This document shows, in pieces, positions 1 through 12,300 of a stretch of 64,000 nucleotides of DNA. Position numbers and translations under genes: made by a program. The stretch spans positions 73,098,001 to 73,162,000 of the forward strand of contig NC_086381.1 of assembly GCF_036588685.1 (NCBI RefSeq). Direction: 5' to 3'. Source of the DNA: Mytilus trossulus. Lineage: Eukaryota. The notes below the pieces were generated by a model. That model searched no databases. It saw only the letters and a list, made by a program, of their open reading frames with translations, and was not told where the DNA came from. Numbering within the stretch: position 1 is the stretch's first letter; each line of letters opens with the position of its first letter.

Positions 1-188
1 TTGTTTTTGTGAAAAGTTGTTTCATTGCAATCATACCACATCTTCTTTTTTATATATATATTTGATTTGATATTCTTTGTTTAAAATGTTCTCTATTCTT
101 GTGTAAATTACTGTTTATTCGTTCATCAATAAGCACCGGTTACTAGTACATTTAAATAAAAAAAATATATATATTAGCATACTAATAC

Positions 189-480
189 CTTTTGGATATT
201 TTTCATATATTTTCCATTTAGAATTTGATCTATAGGTAAATTTTCCTTCATGAACTTCTTGCGAATGAATTAAACACGATTCGTCAACAGAACTGTAGCT
301 GTAGTAAGTACACGAGTCACGTTCATAACATTTGGTAGCACATTGAACAACCGAGGATACTCGAATGTTTGAAATATATTTTTCTAAATAACTCTTGTCA
401 TATTTCATAATGAATTTCTGCAACGCTGTACATAGAACACAGATATAAAATGCGAACGAAATACAAATTAGAAATTTCAT
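189..480 (-). CDS. First coding exon of a secreted PAN/Apple-like protein (paralogue of the 6395-15168 gene); the rest lies beyond the window start
   Basis: ATG at 480-478, hydrophobic leader MKFLICISFAFYICVLCTA, Cys pattern QCATKC...CTYYSY...CLIH, GT donor at 188. Exon length (292 nt), phase 1 and donor context (AAAG|GTATTAG) are identical to exon 14877-15168. Confidence 0.8.
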
Positions 481-894
481 TTTTTTCCAATTTTCGTGAC
501 AACTGTGCAGTCTCCACACTTTTTCGCTAGTTTAAACCTATGACATGTGATGTTATGTGATGGTTATACTTATGTCATGTGATGTTATGATCAACGATTA
601 CTTTATAGTCTATAGATCACAGAATAAAAAATCAATGAATTGAAATTTTGTCATAGAGAATGTATAATGGATGAATAGTACGTTTCCTTTTGAAAAATAG
701 TAAGCAACAATCGACCAAAGAGGGTCATGTCTGCCATATCTATGTTTCGGAAATTGTTTTGTTACAACTTACGTCGTTAGTTTTCCCGTTTAAACTGTTG
801 CACATTTTTCATGGTGGGACCTATTATTGCCGATTATCGCTTGGCTTTTTATTATTGAACATCTTATGGTGGCTTGTAATTGTTTATTATCTAT

Positions 895-1700
895 GAAGAA
901 AAAGTAAAACCACAAAAATACTGACTTTCGAGGAAAATTAAAGATCGGAAAATCCGTGATCAAATGGCAAAATCAATAACTCAAACACATCAAACGAATG
1001 GATAACAACTGTCATAATCCTATGGTGGCCGGATGCAGCCATTTCCCCTTTTCGTGTTTTTGCATTTTCTTCTACCACTTTTCCAACGCGAGATCGGAAA
1101 ATCGAGAAAGCGAAAAATCGGGAAATTGGGAAATTGGGAAATCGGAAACTCGAAAAATCAAGAAAACATAAATGCGAAATCGAGAAACTAATTTTGCGTT
1201 TACGCGCTTTCGCGTTTTTGATTTCTTGTGTTCTCGATTTCTCGATTTCTCGATTTCTCAATTTCCCGTCGATTCCCCTTTTTCCCGATTTCCCAATTTC
1301 ACGATTTTTTTATTTCTAGATTTCGCTTTTTTGCTATCTCGATTTCCCGATTTCGCGTTTGCAAATTGAAAGGAGAAAACACGAAAACGCGATAAGGCGA
1401 AATGGCCACATCCGGCCACCAGATATTCCTGACTTGGTACTGGCATTTTCTTATGTAGAAAAGGGTGTTTTAAACCTGGTTATATGGCCAGCTAAACCTC
1501 TCATTTGTATGACAGTCACATCAAATTCCATTACATTGACAATGATGTGTAAGATATAATAGGTAAAAATGTCAAAAATGGGGGTACAGCAGTAAACTTC
1601 GTGCTATAATCTTTATCACTATAAAATAAAATCTATGTAAACAAGAAACACAAAAAGACAGAGAGACAAAGCACATCAGCAAGAATGAAATAACAAATAT
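895..1700 (-). repeat. Dispersed repeat family C (interrupted by the 1021-1422 MITE); further copies ~1720-1875 and ~10050-10330
   Basis: Shared blocks ccgaggaaaattc, aatcaaatggcaaaatc and cctgacttggtac recur in both orientations. Confidence 0.7.
1021..1422. mobile_element. Foldback-type MITE with terminal inverted repeats and inverted arrays of ~8-bp units
   Basis: TGGTGGCCGGATG...CATCCGGCCACCA termini; A-rich (CGAGAAAT-like)n left half mirrored by a T-rich right half; approximate 6-7 bp target duplication ataatcc/atattcc; splits a host repeat. Confidence 0.8.
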
Positions 1701-3737
1701 TCAATAATTGATAGAGTGTAAGATAACAAAAATATTAAACTCCGAGGAAAATTCCAAATGAAAACTTCTTAATCAAATAACAAACTCAAAACTCAAAGCT
1801 ATTGATTTTTCTATTTGATAAAGGACTTTCCGTTTTGAATTTTTCCTCGGAGTTCAGTTGTTTAGTGATTTTAGTTATACTACTGTTGCCTGTATTTACT
1901 TCCACTTCATTATAACTCTGGTGGATAGATATCTCAATTGCAATGATATCACATCTCCGCGAAAAATTCATAATGAAGAATAAAAAAAAGGATCATGCAA
2001 GAAGAACATGAAAAAATATCGAGCACATATGTAAAATGACGGAATTTCGAATTCCTGTTGAATATAAAACAAACAACGGATATTATAAGTTGGTAAAGAA
2101 CAACAACACATTTGCATGTTTGTATATGTTTAATAAAAGATCAGTTGATCAAAAAGGTGTATTCAAGTATACAATTTAAACCCGATTTATTGCATGAACA
2201 TTGTTCATGTTTGTACTTTTAAATGGGATACAAAAAGTGCTCCTACAAAGTTACGTGGGCGAAACTCCAAAATTGATCCCTAATAAGTTTAACGGTCACC
2301 ATTTGGATTTGTATTTAACTCAACTCATTATCGGTATCAGTGCGACTGATCGGATTCGCATGGTGTTTGATGCATGCATAGCAAACAACGCTTATCCTAT
2401 TGACGCCCCTGGTTTCTCTCTTTTTGTAGTTAAAGCAATCCCTTCTGGTTTTTTTTATCCTGCTTTATATTCTCAATCAATTATGACTTACATCGATTAA
2501 CTACTCTTGCATATGTTTATGAATGAACCAGATGCTATATTTGATAGCCTACATTGTTGCTATATAAAACAATTATTTTATCTTTTCTTTCCCTTTTGGG
2601 AATGTGTGTTTGTCAATTGCATCATGATAGCATATATATTTTTGCTAGAACTTTTCTAATAGGCATACATTGTTAATTTTACCATTGTATTTCAACTGTG
2701 AAAAACCTGAGTTTTTTTTATTTGGACCATGCGTTGTTTAATTCCTTTGTTTTTCTATGTCTAATTTTTAAGAGTCTTGTTTTTTGTAGTTATTCTAACT
2801 TGTCGTACTAAGAGGTTTTTGTTAATACCTATCTTATTTTTATATTCGTAGACCATATATATAGCTTTACTATTTCCATCCCATTTTTCAGGTTTTTTTC
2901 TAATGTTTCAATGTGAAGATTTTGTATGGTATATACCAATTTTAACATTTTAGTCTAGAAATAATGCTTAAAGGGAGTTCCCTTCTCAGTTTCAAAATAA
3001 TTAACTTTTTAAATCACTAGTATATATTGATAGGGAATTAATAAAGGAATCAAAAAAGTTAAAAAAATCCATATAGGTCGATGTGATCGTTTTCGAGATA
3101 TTAGCCATTGGAATTTTGGCGGGAAAATATTATCTCTTGAATTTCATGGCTTTATTATTGACAAGTTTTAGTTCTCAAAAACTGTTGAAAATATTAAAAA
3201 TTTATTAGACTATGACTTTGACTAATCATGATACATGTTTAATAAAAGAAAAATGGGGGCAATGGTCCAATTTTGTTAAGATCCCAAATCATAACAAGCA
3301 AACTTCCTTAACCAGGTTATTGAATTACAATGTATGCAAACAAAGACGAATTTAGACAGTTTTTTCGTGTTGTATTAGATTTGATATCCTAAAGCGATTT
3401 ATTTATAAATGGCACTTCAAAATTAACAAATCGTGTAAAGAATTGAAACTCAAAGTCTATAAAATTTGAATATCGAAGTGAATGATTAAACGTTGTTATA
3501 TTGGAAAAAGATCATCCTTATAAAAATTTATGAGTTGAACACTGAAGTATTACCTATGTTTTTTCAACTGATCGGGCGGAGTTTATGTTTTAATTTGCAT
3601 AATGACAGTCTATTTGAAGATGTGTGTGATAAGGATGATTGTCGTTATAATACTAATTGAATTCTTAACGCTAAACAGTGTCACCAAACGCATATACAAA
3701 AGAACTGATACTCCAGATAACCATCATGGATTTTTTA

Positions 3738-3933
3738 GTCGGGCGCCAAATGTAAATGAAGAGCACGTATCTACTCTACAAATTCATATCGTAACCACCG
3801 GGATTCGAACCCCGGTCGTCTGCGTGAAAGTCAGTGCGTTTACCAACTCAGCCAAGGAATCGATTTCCTAGCTTAGTTAATTAGGAGTAGCTTTTATGTT
3901 CTACCTGTACTGAAGGGAAGCAACCCCGCTACA
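3738..3933 (-). mobile_element. Short LTR (TG...CA, 3933-3751) containing a tRNA-Glu-like Pol III promoter, followed by a tRNA-Lys-type PBS; truncated non-autonomous LTR element
   Basis: Minus strand: TGTAGCGGGG...A box TGGCTGAGTTGG...loop CTTTCAC...B box GGTTCGAATCCC...TTTACA-TT-TGGCGCCCGA. Confidence 0.65.
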
Positions 3934-4219
3934 TATGATATGGGACGAATTACTGGACACTTCATTGGTGAGCTTATCCCAAAACTCTTGTCTATAGATG
4001 GACTGGTCTTAAATGAGCGATCTTTTTAAACTCCGTCTAGTCAAGTGAAATAAATCTAGTAATACGATCTTTGAATGTTGTCTTTATCTGACATCGGTTA
4101 TATCGAAGTGAATAATTAAACGTACTAGGATATGAAATATATAATGTTTATAAAAGATTATCAATTGAGCACTGAACTTAAATCTTTAAATGTAGTCTGT
4201 ATCTATCCAAATCATACAA

Positions 4220-4720
4220 ATAAAGGCAACAGTAGTATACCGGTGTTTAAAAGTTTAAAAAAAAACAATGAGAGAAAACTAATCCGGGTTACAAACTAAA
4301 ACCGAGGGAAACACATTAACTTTTTAAAAGGAAAACAAAGAACCAACAGGAATACAGAAGTGCAACAAAAAAAAAACACCAATATAAACAAAACGAACTA
4401 TTAAATAACAACTGTTATATTCCTGACTTGGACAATTTAAGAAAAAAATATGGGATGAACCTTGTTTATTAGCTAGCTTTATAACAATGTTAAAACATAT
4501 CGCGGAAATGGCAACACTACGTGACAGAAATATAGTCCAAACAAACGCAAGAGCATTCATCCCAGAAATACAGAAACAAATAATATCACAGTCGACACAA
4601 CATGCAAACTGCAGAACAACAACAAACATATTAATTAACGACACACACCGCAGAATATACAAAACAGTCGCGCGCTTACGTAACAAACATGCAATTTCGA
4701 ACTTTATTTAATTATTTTCA
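4220..4720. repeat. Dispersed repeat family B; other copies ~9895-10020 and ~15330-15548
   Basis: Shared head taaaggcaacagtagtataccg...gttacaaactaaaac(c/t)gagggaa in three places. Confidence 0.7.
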
Positions 4721-6394
4721 CAATACTCGTCCAAAGCAATTTATCACAGTGACGTTATGGAAAGGCAATATTATAATTATATGGACTAAGATCAATAAGA
4801 CATAACAGAGTATCCAATCGGTACCATAACAGAAAACTTAAAAAAATGAATACTAGTGAGTACTACATTAGACGAGTTAATCCATTTAAACATTACAATT
4901 GATTTTTCTTGATTGTTTTTGTGTTTTTGAACCAGTGTCCCGGGTTTTTTTAAAGTGTTAAATATGAGCCTGTATCAAGTCGGAAACACGAAGTTTAGTT
5001 GCTGTTGTTGGTTGGTGTCTGTAAAATTTCTTTCGTTTAATTACTACAGCAGAATTCAGGCGTTAGTTTTGCCATATTGAATTGTTTTAAATTTTGCCAT
5101 ATCCGGGCTTTTGTCCGCTTGCAATATTGTACTAAAAAGTACTGTGTCGTTCGGTGTTGAATTGTTATTCCTGGTATCTATGATGAGTTTATTTGTATTA
5201 ATAAATATACAATTAGCAATCATATCACATCATTTTATATATTATAAAAATAAAATCCAACAAACACTATTTTACAGGTGTATGTGCTAATAACCATCAT
5301 TTTATATATCTATTTTACTCTGTATGCTGGCGTTGCTTTGATAAAAAAAAACCACGACATCACGATCCTGCAATACCAATGACATAAATGAGATATGTTT
5401 TATTGTTAAAACTTTTGATTTCTAAAAATACTCGCTCAGATCAAGCTGTTTTCTTTTAATCGCTTTCATAAATCAATTGTAACTTAAATGATACATGCGA
5501 TTTAGAATTTCTATGTCTGGGTTCGCCTAGCGATTGATAAATCAATTACAAGAAAGTAATAGTGACTTGTATAGGTTTATGTAACAATAACTTGACTGCA
5601 TAGCTGCTTGTTACTGACACTGTGTGATGTTCCTAGGCATAGAATGTACGAATGCATTAAATGAAAAATGACAGATAAGGCAACTTTCTGCCTTGAACTC
5701 TGGATGTGAAACTCTGGTGCAACAAACACTTAAGTATCGTTGTAAATTGTATAATGGAAAATGCTCTATTGGTTTTCCCGTTTAAATTGTTTGACACTAG
5801 TAATTATTGGGGCCTTTTAAGCTTTTCTGTTCGGTGTGAGCCAAGGCTCCGTGTTGAAGGCCGTACATTGACCTTTAATTGTTTACTTTTTAAAATTGTT
5901 ACTTGGATGGAGAGTTGTCTCATTGGCACTCATACCACATCTTCCTCTATCTGTTATTAAATAAAGGATATTGTGATGGGATAAATATTTATTAAAGTAT
6001 AAAGTGATAGAAACAAGTGAACATTTTTTTTTTAATATTTCTTCATGAGCAAGCCAAAAATAGAAAAAAATATCATAGAAGATCCTTAAATTTGTCTATG
6101 GAATCATAATATCAAAATTAAGATCTAAGTTCGATGTAGCTAAATGGTGATATATATACTAAAAGTAGAACAAAGGATACCAAAGAAAGTCGAAAATAAA
6201 CTGACTTTGTCATGGCTAAAAAAGAAAAAGATAAACAGACAAACAACTGTAAACAAAATAACATATAAAACCAAAAAATAAGCAGCACGAACGCAATCAA
6301 AAGCTGAGTGTAATCTCAATAGTTTCTGAAATGTCAGTAGATTCCTTTGTCATCCATAATATGTGTTTCTTCTGTATAACACATGTATTGATAG

Positions 6395-9300
6395 TCACGA
6401 AATGAAAATCGAAAATACGTCTCCATCTCGGTAACCTGTGAAAACAATACAATTACAGTTAATAAAAGAAATAGAAGGTAAAACTTTATAAATGAAAGTG
6501 AATATTGATGGCCGAGCATCAACTGCTAATACTTCCTAATCCCTTCAATCGTAATCTTGTTTCACAGTGGATGGAATGGCTTCAGTGTCGAATCGAGTAC
6601 GGTTTTACTTTATCTGCGTTGTGTTTGAAAGTAACAATTTATGTATTAATTGTCTTCGCTCCATTTATTTTTCTTTCAAATGGAGAAGGTATGACAAAAT
6701 ATATGACTTTACCCCTGGAGTTGCAAAATAACAAATATCTTCACACCTTTAAATTTCAGATTGGTTATTGTCATAAATGAATAGTAAATCGCTATCTGTA
6801 CATTTTTGGACTAATTTCTTTGTGGCGCTTAAACCTTTGTCAAATACATAGCTTTATAGAAAAAAATAGATATGAGCACATGTCGTATACTTCAGCGGCA
6901 TATTACTGTTTCCTTTATTGACTGGAGATATCTTCTTAAAACTATCTGTTTGGCTCATTTCTAAAACTAAAAGGTATGGTATACTCTAAAGGAACCCGTC
7001 CTACTGTCTTGTAAAGATAAGAAATTGGTGGTATCACGACCACTAATGAAAAGGACATGATTCAAGCTACAATCAGTTAAAGATATATCTGTGGTCAACT
7101 TAATTGGCCGTTTCAGAATCTTAAGAATCGTTGGTAATTTCATCGTTCGTACCACAAAATTAAAATAACGTCACGTCAAAGGTTGAATTGACATGGAATA
7201 TGAAATTATTAACCAATCACGACGTTTTGGCGTACACTTTTGAAAATATTTCCCAGGGTGCATTAGAGTTTGAAACGGCGATTTGTGTCTTTTAAATTTG
7301 TTAACTTTTGTTTTACTTTTCCCTTGTCACTATAGTTTCCTTGTTATCATTTCATTTACACAGACTTTAAGAAATGAAACATGGCATTGGATTGTTTTAC
7401 TTATACACTCCACATTCAGGTTCTGATTATTATTGATATCGTATCGATTTATGCACATTTGTCGTCTCAATAATGTTTCTATCTTATCTGAAAAGTAATC
7501 TGATTTGCAGTTGAGCCTTTTGTTGCAATCGCATGTGATTAGTTTAAATATCATATAGGTAACTAGAAAAGCGTATCGTGCAAGTATAAGTGTTAATGTA
7601 ATCATGAATAAATTCTAGTATCGTATTTATATATCAAGACAGAAACAATTGCTTTTAAAGATATCACTTTAGTTTTGGGACGTCTGAGTTATAATCTTAT
7701 CCTCTTTATCGACGTCATACCAAAACAATGATCTGACTACTCATAAAATGATAATGTGAAAATCATGTACATTTCTCTTTAATTGACAATTTTATAAGAA
7801 ATCATTGAACTCGTGTTTCTCGATAAATACTTTTTTTTTTAATATTAACTTAGGAGCGCGGAGCTTTTGCATTCTAAATTACGTAACATACACCTCCATT
7901 CATTTAAACCATTTAAGAAACGTATCGATGAAGAACATTATTTGAACAGACAAAAAGCACCGGATATTCAATTGCTTGTTTGACTTAATTGTTAAATAAA
8001 TGGTATATACTAGCTACATAAGTATATAAATTACATCGTTAACACTCGTTACATAAGTATATATGCATACCATCATAGTCGAAACTACCGACCGTGTTTT
8101 CTGTGTATCTAAACAGTGGGTAATTATTTGTAGTGTCAAAATTGCAGGTGTAACCATAGAAGTCCACCACGACAAACCATCCTAATTCAGTTGCTAAACA
8201 CAAATCGTAGTTCTTATATATGAAAAACCTCCTGGAGTAATCCCTGAAAAGGTATCGAAATATTCTTTAAATATTGTGGAAGGTATTCGATTAGTTGCAT
8301 TCTACATGTGCTTAAATCATATGACACCAGTTTCTTGTGATTAAAGAAGTAATGAAATATACTCACCTTAGACAACTGTGTACGGTTTTTTTAAGTACGA
8401 ATTCGTAACATGTAATCTATAGAAATACGTTATTCAATGAACATGAATCGAAACGTGTGCCTGCTATTTTTTTCCCCTAGTTAATATGAAAATTAAGGAG
8501 TTGAGGTATGATTGCCAATGAGATAATTATCCACCAAATTACGAAAGTAGATGTAAGCAATAATAGGCAATCACGCGGCCTTAATCGATGAAAAAAAGAC
8601 ATAGCGTATAATCAGCCAAATCTCGAACATGAATTAATATGAAACAATGCAATTGAGAAAAACAGCTTAATTTATAACAAAAACAAAATATGAACAATAA
8701 ATATGACATTCATGAACCGACGGCAACGACTTAACTGCAGGCTCCCGGCTAAGACCAGGCCGTTTATGGTTGTGACTTGCATAAGCAGTCTTCATAGAAT
8801 CACAAAGATCGTGAAAAAACAATTGAGATGATAGAGCGATGTTTAATTTTTGTGTATAGTGCTCATACGATCCAATTAGGTACTACAACCTTGTTTTAAC
8901 GGTTGTAAAATACTTTGGTGTATTTTTTTTTCAATCAGAGTCAACTGATGATATCTGCTTTCCACGTTGGTTAAACTTTTCTTTCATAACGAGTTTTCCC
9001 ATTCGTACATCATTGGTTGCCAAAATTTTAACTAGAGAAGATATTTTAAGGTCACTGCAAATGAAAAAGGTGTCGGTGAATTAGAGGACGGCAAAACAAT
9101 AACGCAATATCCGATTATTTGTTTTAAATCTCAATAAAATAAAGGATTTTTCTAAAAACCGAAATTATGTGTTCACATGTTTACATTAAAGCCCATCTAG
9201 TATATAAAACACCTTTTTGGTTAAATTGACATATGACTTTAAAGTTTTATTCATATACGACATTAATGTGTATTTGACGAAGCTAAACATCCCCACAATT

Positions 9301-12300
9301 GAAAACAAATTCGTCTTGTCTAATTCTTTTTTTTTTTATCAATTGTTTTAAATGATAGACTTGCTTATGTGTTCTAAATGCATTTCGTTACTTGATAACC
9401 CTAGTTTAAGGTCAGTTCGTTCAGATTTAGATCATTTAATCTGATGCCCCATGTAAAGAGATTGCCAGGATCTTTGCACGTTGGGAACATTGCATCGACT
9501 GTTTGAGGGGTTGGTATGTTGACTGTTGCATGGCAAAACACCTTTCATTATCCTATAACACTCATTTTCCGATTGCCGTCCTTATATATATAGAAGTGTC
9601 TACCTTTGTGTTTATTGTTGATTAGTTTTCGTTTTGAACTTGTATAAAATATTTTTCCCTCGACGTAAAGCAACAAAAATCACTCAATATTATCTTATCA
9701 GTTCCATTAATCAATTAACTAATTCAAGGTAAATCATAAAATTGTACACAATTTTTTATTGTAGAAGACAATTTCAAGACCACTGTCAATTCTGTTTTTT
9801 ATTGTTTAAATTTGAATAGCTATAGTTTCTCGCAGTTTAAATTTCATAATAAGTTGCAACTTCATAACAAGAATAGGAGCATAGACAGCGTAAATAAAGG
9901 CAACAGTAGTATACCGCTGTTCGAAATTCATAAATCAATTGAGAAAAAAGCAAATCTGGGTTACAAACTAAAACTGAGGGAAACACATCAAATATAAGAG
10001 GAGAACTACTACACAACAGGCGTTGCTAATGGGCTTTATATATATGCCTTTTTGTGTTAACTTTTGTACCCCTAATTTTGACCTTTTTACTTATCATGTC
10101 TGTTTGTTTTGTTAACACACCGTTGTCAATATAAATAAACGTTATGCAACTGTCATACAAGTGAGAGGTTTATCTGGCTATAAAACCAAGATTAATCTGC
10201 CATCTTCAATTGAAAATGTCTGTACCAATTCAGGATGGTGACAGTTGTAGTCCATCCGTTTGATATGTTTTATCATTTGATTTTGCGATTTGATTAGACT
10301 TTCCGTTTTGAATTTTCCTCACAGTTCGGGTTTTTTTCCATTTATGCATGCATCACCCATAAACTTAAACCAAACTATCGTCTTTTGCTTTATTTTATTG
10401 TACACAATCGTATAAACAACACAACGTTTTCCTTTAAGTCATGCGTTGGTGTTCATTCTTTGCAAATGAGAAAGATTTTTTTTTTTCTTATAGCATTTCC
10501 TTTAAAATATTTTTTTTATATAATTGATTAATTGACTGTTCAGATATAATCTTGTATATGGCTAATAACATTTTCTTTCTTTCATTCCCTTTCCTTTTTT
10601 ATCTCTGAAATTTATTTATTTTCCGTTTTAGATATTTCTGAATCAAATATTAGACAAAATAGTAAATGAATAAGTATATTGTATGGCTATTGATTTCTTA
10701 TACTGTGAGCATACAGTGTCGTGAACATGACTGTCTGAAAATATCACTCCTACCATTTCTTTTTCATTGAACGATCTGCGAAAATTTCTAAGTAATGTAA
10801 TTAATTTGCATATTTTGGATATTCTTGTGTACTATTATTTGTCTGTTTGTCTTTTTCATCTTAAGGCATGGCGTTGTTAGTTTACTTTCGATTTATGAGT
10901 TTGTCGTTCCTCTTGTATCTTTTGCCCCTCTTTTAATATCATAGCTAATACATAGTTATCTTCTGTTCCATTTTCACCAATAAATGTACTATATGATTAA
11001 CTAATATGCTTACCCTTGAACAGAGAAGTACAAATAGTCGTATAAGTAATAAGGTAAGTCATTCCATGCATTGGTCGTAACATATGTTGGGGAGAACCAG
11101 TCAGTGTTACTGGTTCCTGGTGGAATGTCAAACCGCATTTCAACAACTGGTAAGCTATTTGTATGGATAACTATGTTAACCTTAAATAAATTCTTATTAA
11201 TACATGTTATTGGTAGAAAAAATAAAACAATGACCGTCATTGAAACTGTGTAAATATGATAATTTAAAAGTGAAATAAGCCGACTCTAAGTTACCGACGT
11301 TCAACTCTCGTCAAGCGATTAGGGAAAGTAAAAACTGAGAAAATCGCAATAAATAATGAGGAGAAAGATTTTTCAAACCAACAAAAGTTAAGCAATAGTT
11401 AGTTAACAATCAACAAAAGATAACATATAGTTAGTTTAAAACAAAAAAGTTTTACAAAAAGATAGTTTACAACCAACCAACAGAGGTAGTGTCAATTTCA
11501 CTTTGTATGTATTTCACTCGCAGGAATCGAATCCTACATAACATTTAATATTAAAGATAACAGGATTTGAATTATACTTTAATAAATTCATCGTAGATAC
11601 CAGGAAGGATTTGAATTATACTTAATTGATTGTTTCCTAATTTAACATATTTCTATAAAACCATGATATTATTCAGAGCTTCATATTGCTATGGAAGGAA
11701 TTACATGTGGATAGTGCATGTTTTTGTTAAAATTTGCATTAAAGAACGTCGGTTATCAATATAAAAATAAATTTGTATCCGAAAGAACACATATACCGGG
11801 TATCTTAACTTCCAACGTATGTTTTGTTTTGGTTAATGATGGCCTTCTTATACATTTTAAAGATTGGTGTATCAGGCTTTCGTGTGGTGTACACAAGTTG
11901 CTGATCTGTTTTGAAATAAGCAAATGCTATGAATTTAAATAGAGATTGAAAGACATTATGACAATTGTATGAAACAATTTCACTGCATATTGACCCTACT
12001 TCTTTTTTAATGTTTGCAATCACCTACATTAAGGAGAGGGCAATAACTTTTTTTTTATTATACTTCATGTCAAAAATGACAGATTTTGATTGGCTAATAC
12101 GAGGGTGTTACCATTCATGGAAACGCTTGATCAAGTGTGTGGTTTATTAAGTACGACTCTATCCTATGACAAATACTAGTACTCTCTTTCCTTTCACGGA
12201 GACGCTTGAAGTTTGCGCCTCAGTTGACAATATTTTCTCGGGGTAACAATCTGCTCTATCATCCTCTCAGAAATGTGTTATTTGTATAATGTTAACCTGT

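Noticed and set aside
938-1446. Cluster of overlapping ORFs on both strands
   Set aside because: By-products of the 8-bp repeat arrays of the foldback MITE; no protein-like content.
3798-3860. Functional tRNA-Glu gene
   Set aside because: A and B boxes are present, but the acceptor stem does not pair and the anticodon stem is imperfect; it is embedded in an LTR-like unit.
3471-4180. Diverged ~80-bp direct repeats (3471 and 4101) as LTRs flanking the tRNA-like unit
   Set aside because: No TG/CA ends, PBS adjacency or TSD; more likely an old local duplication.
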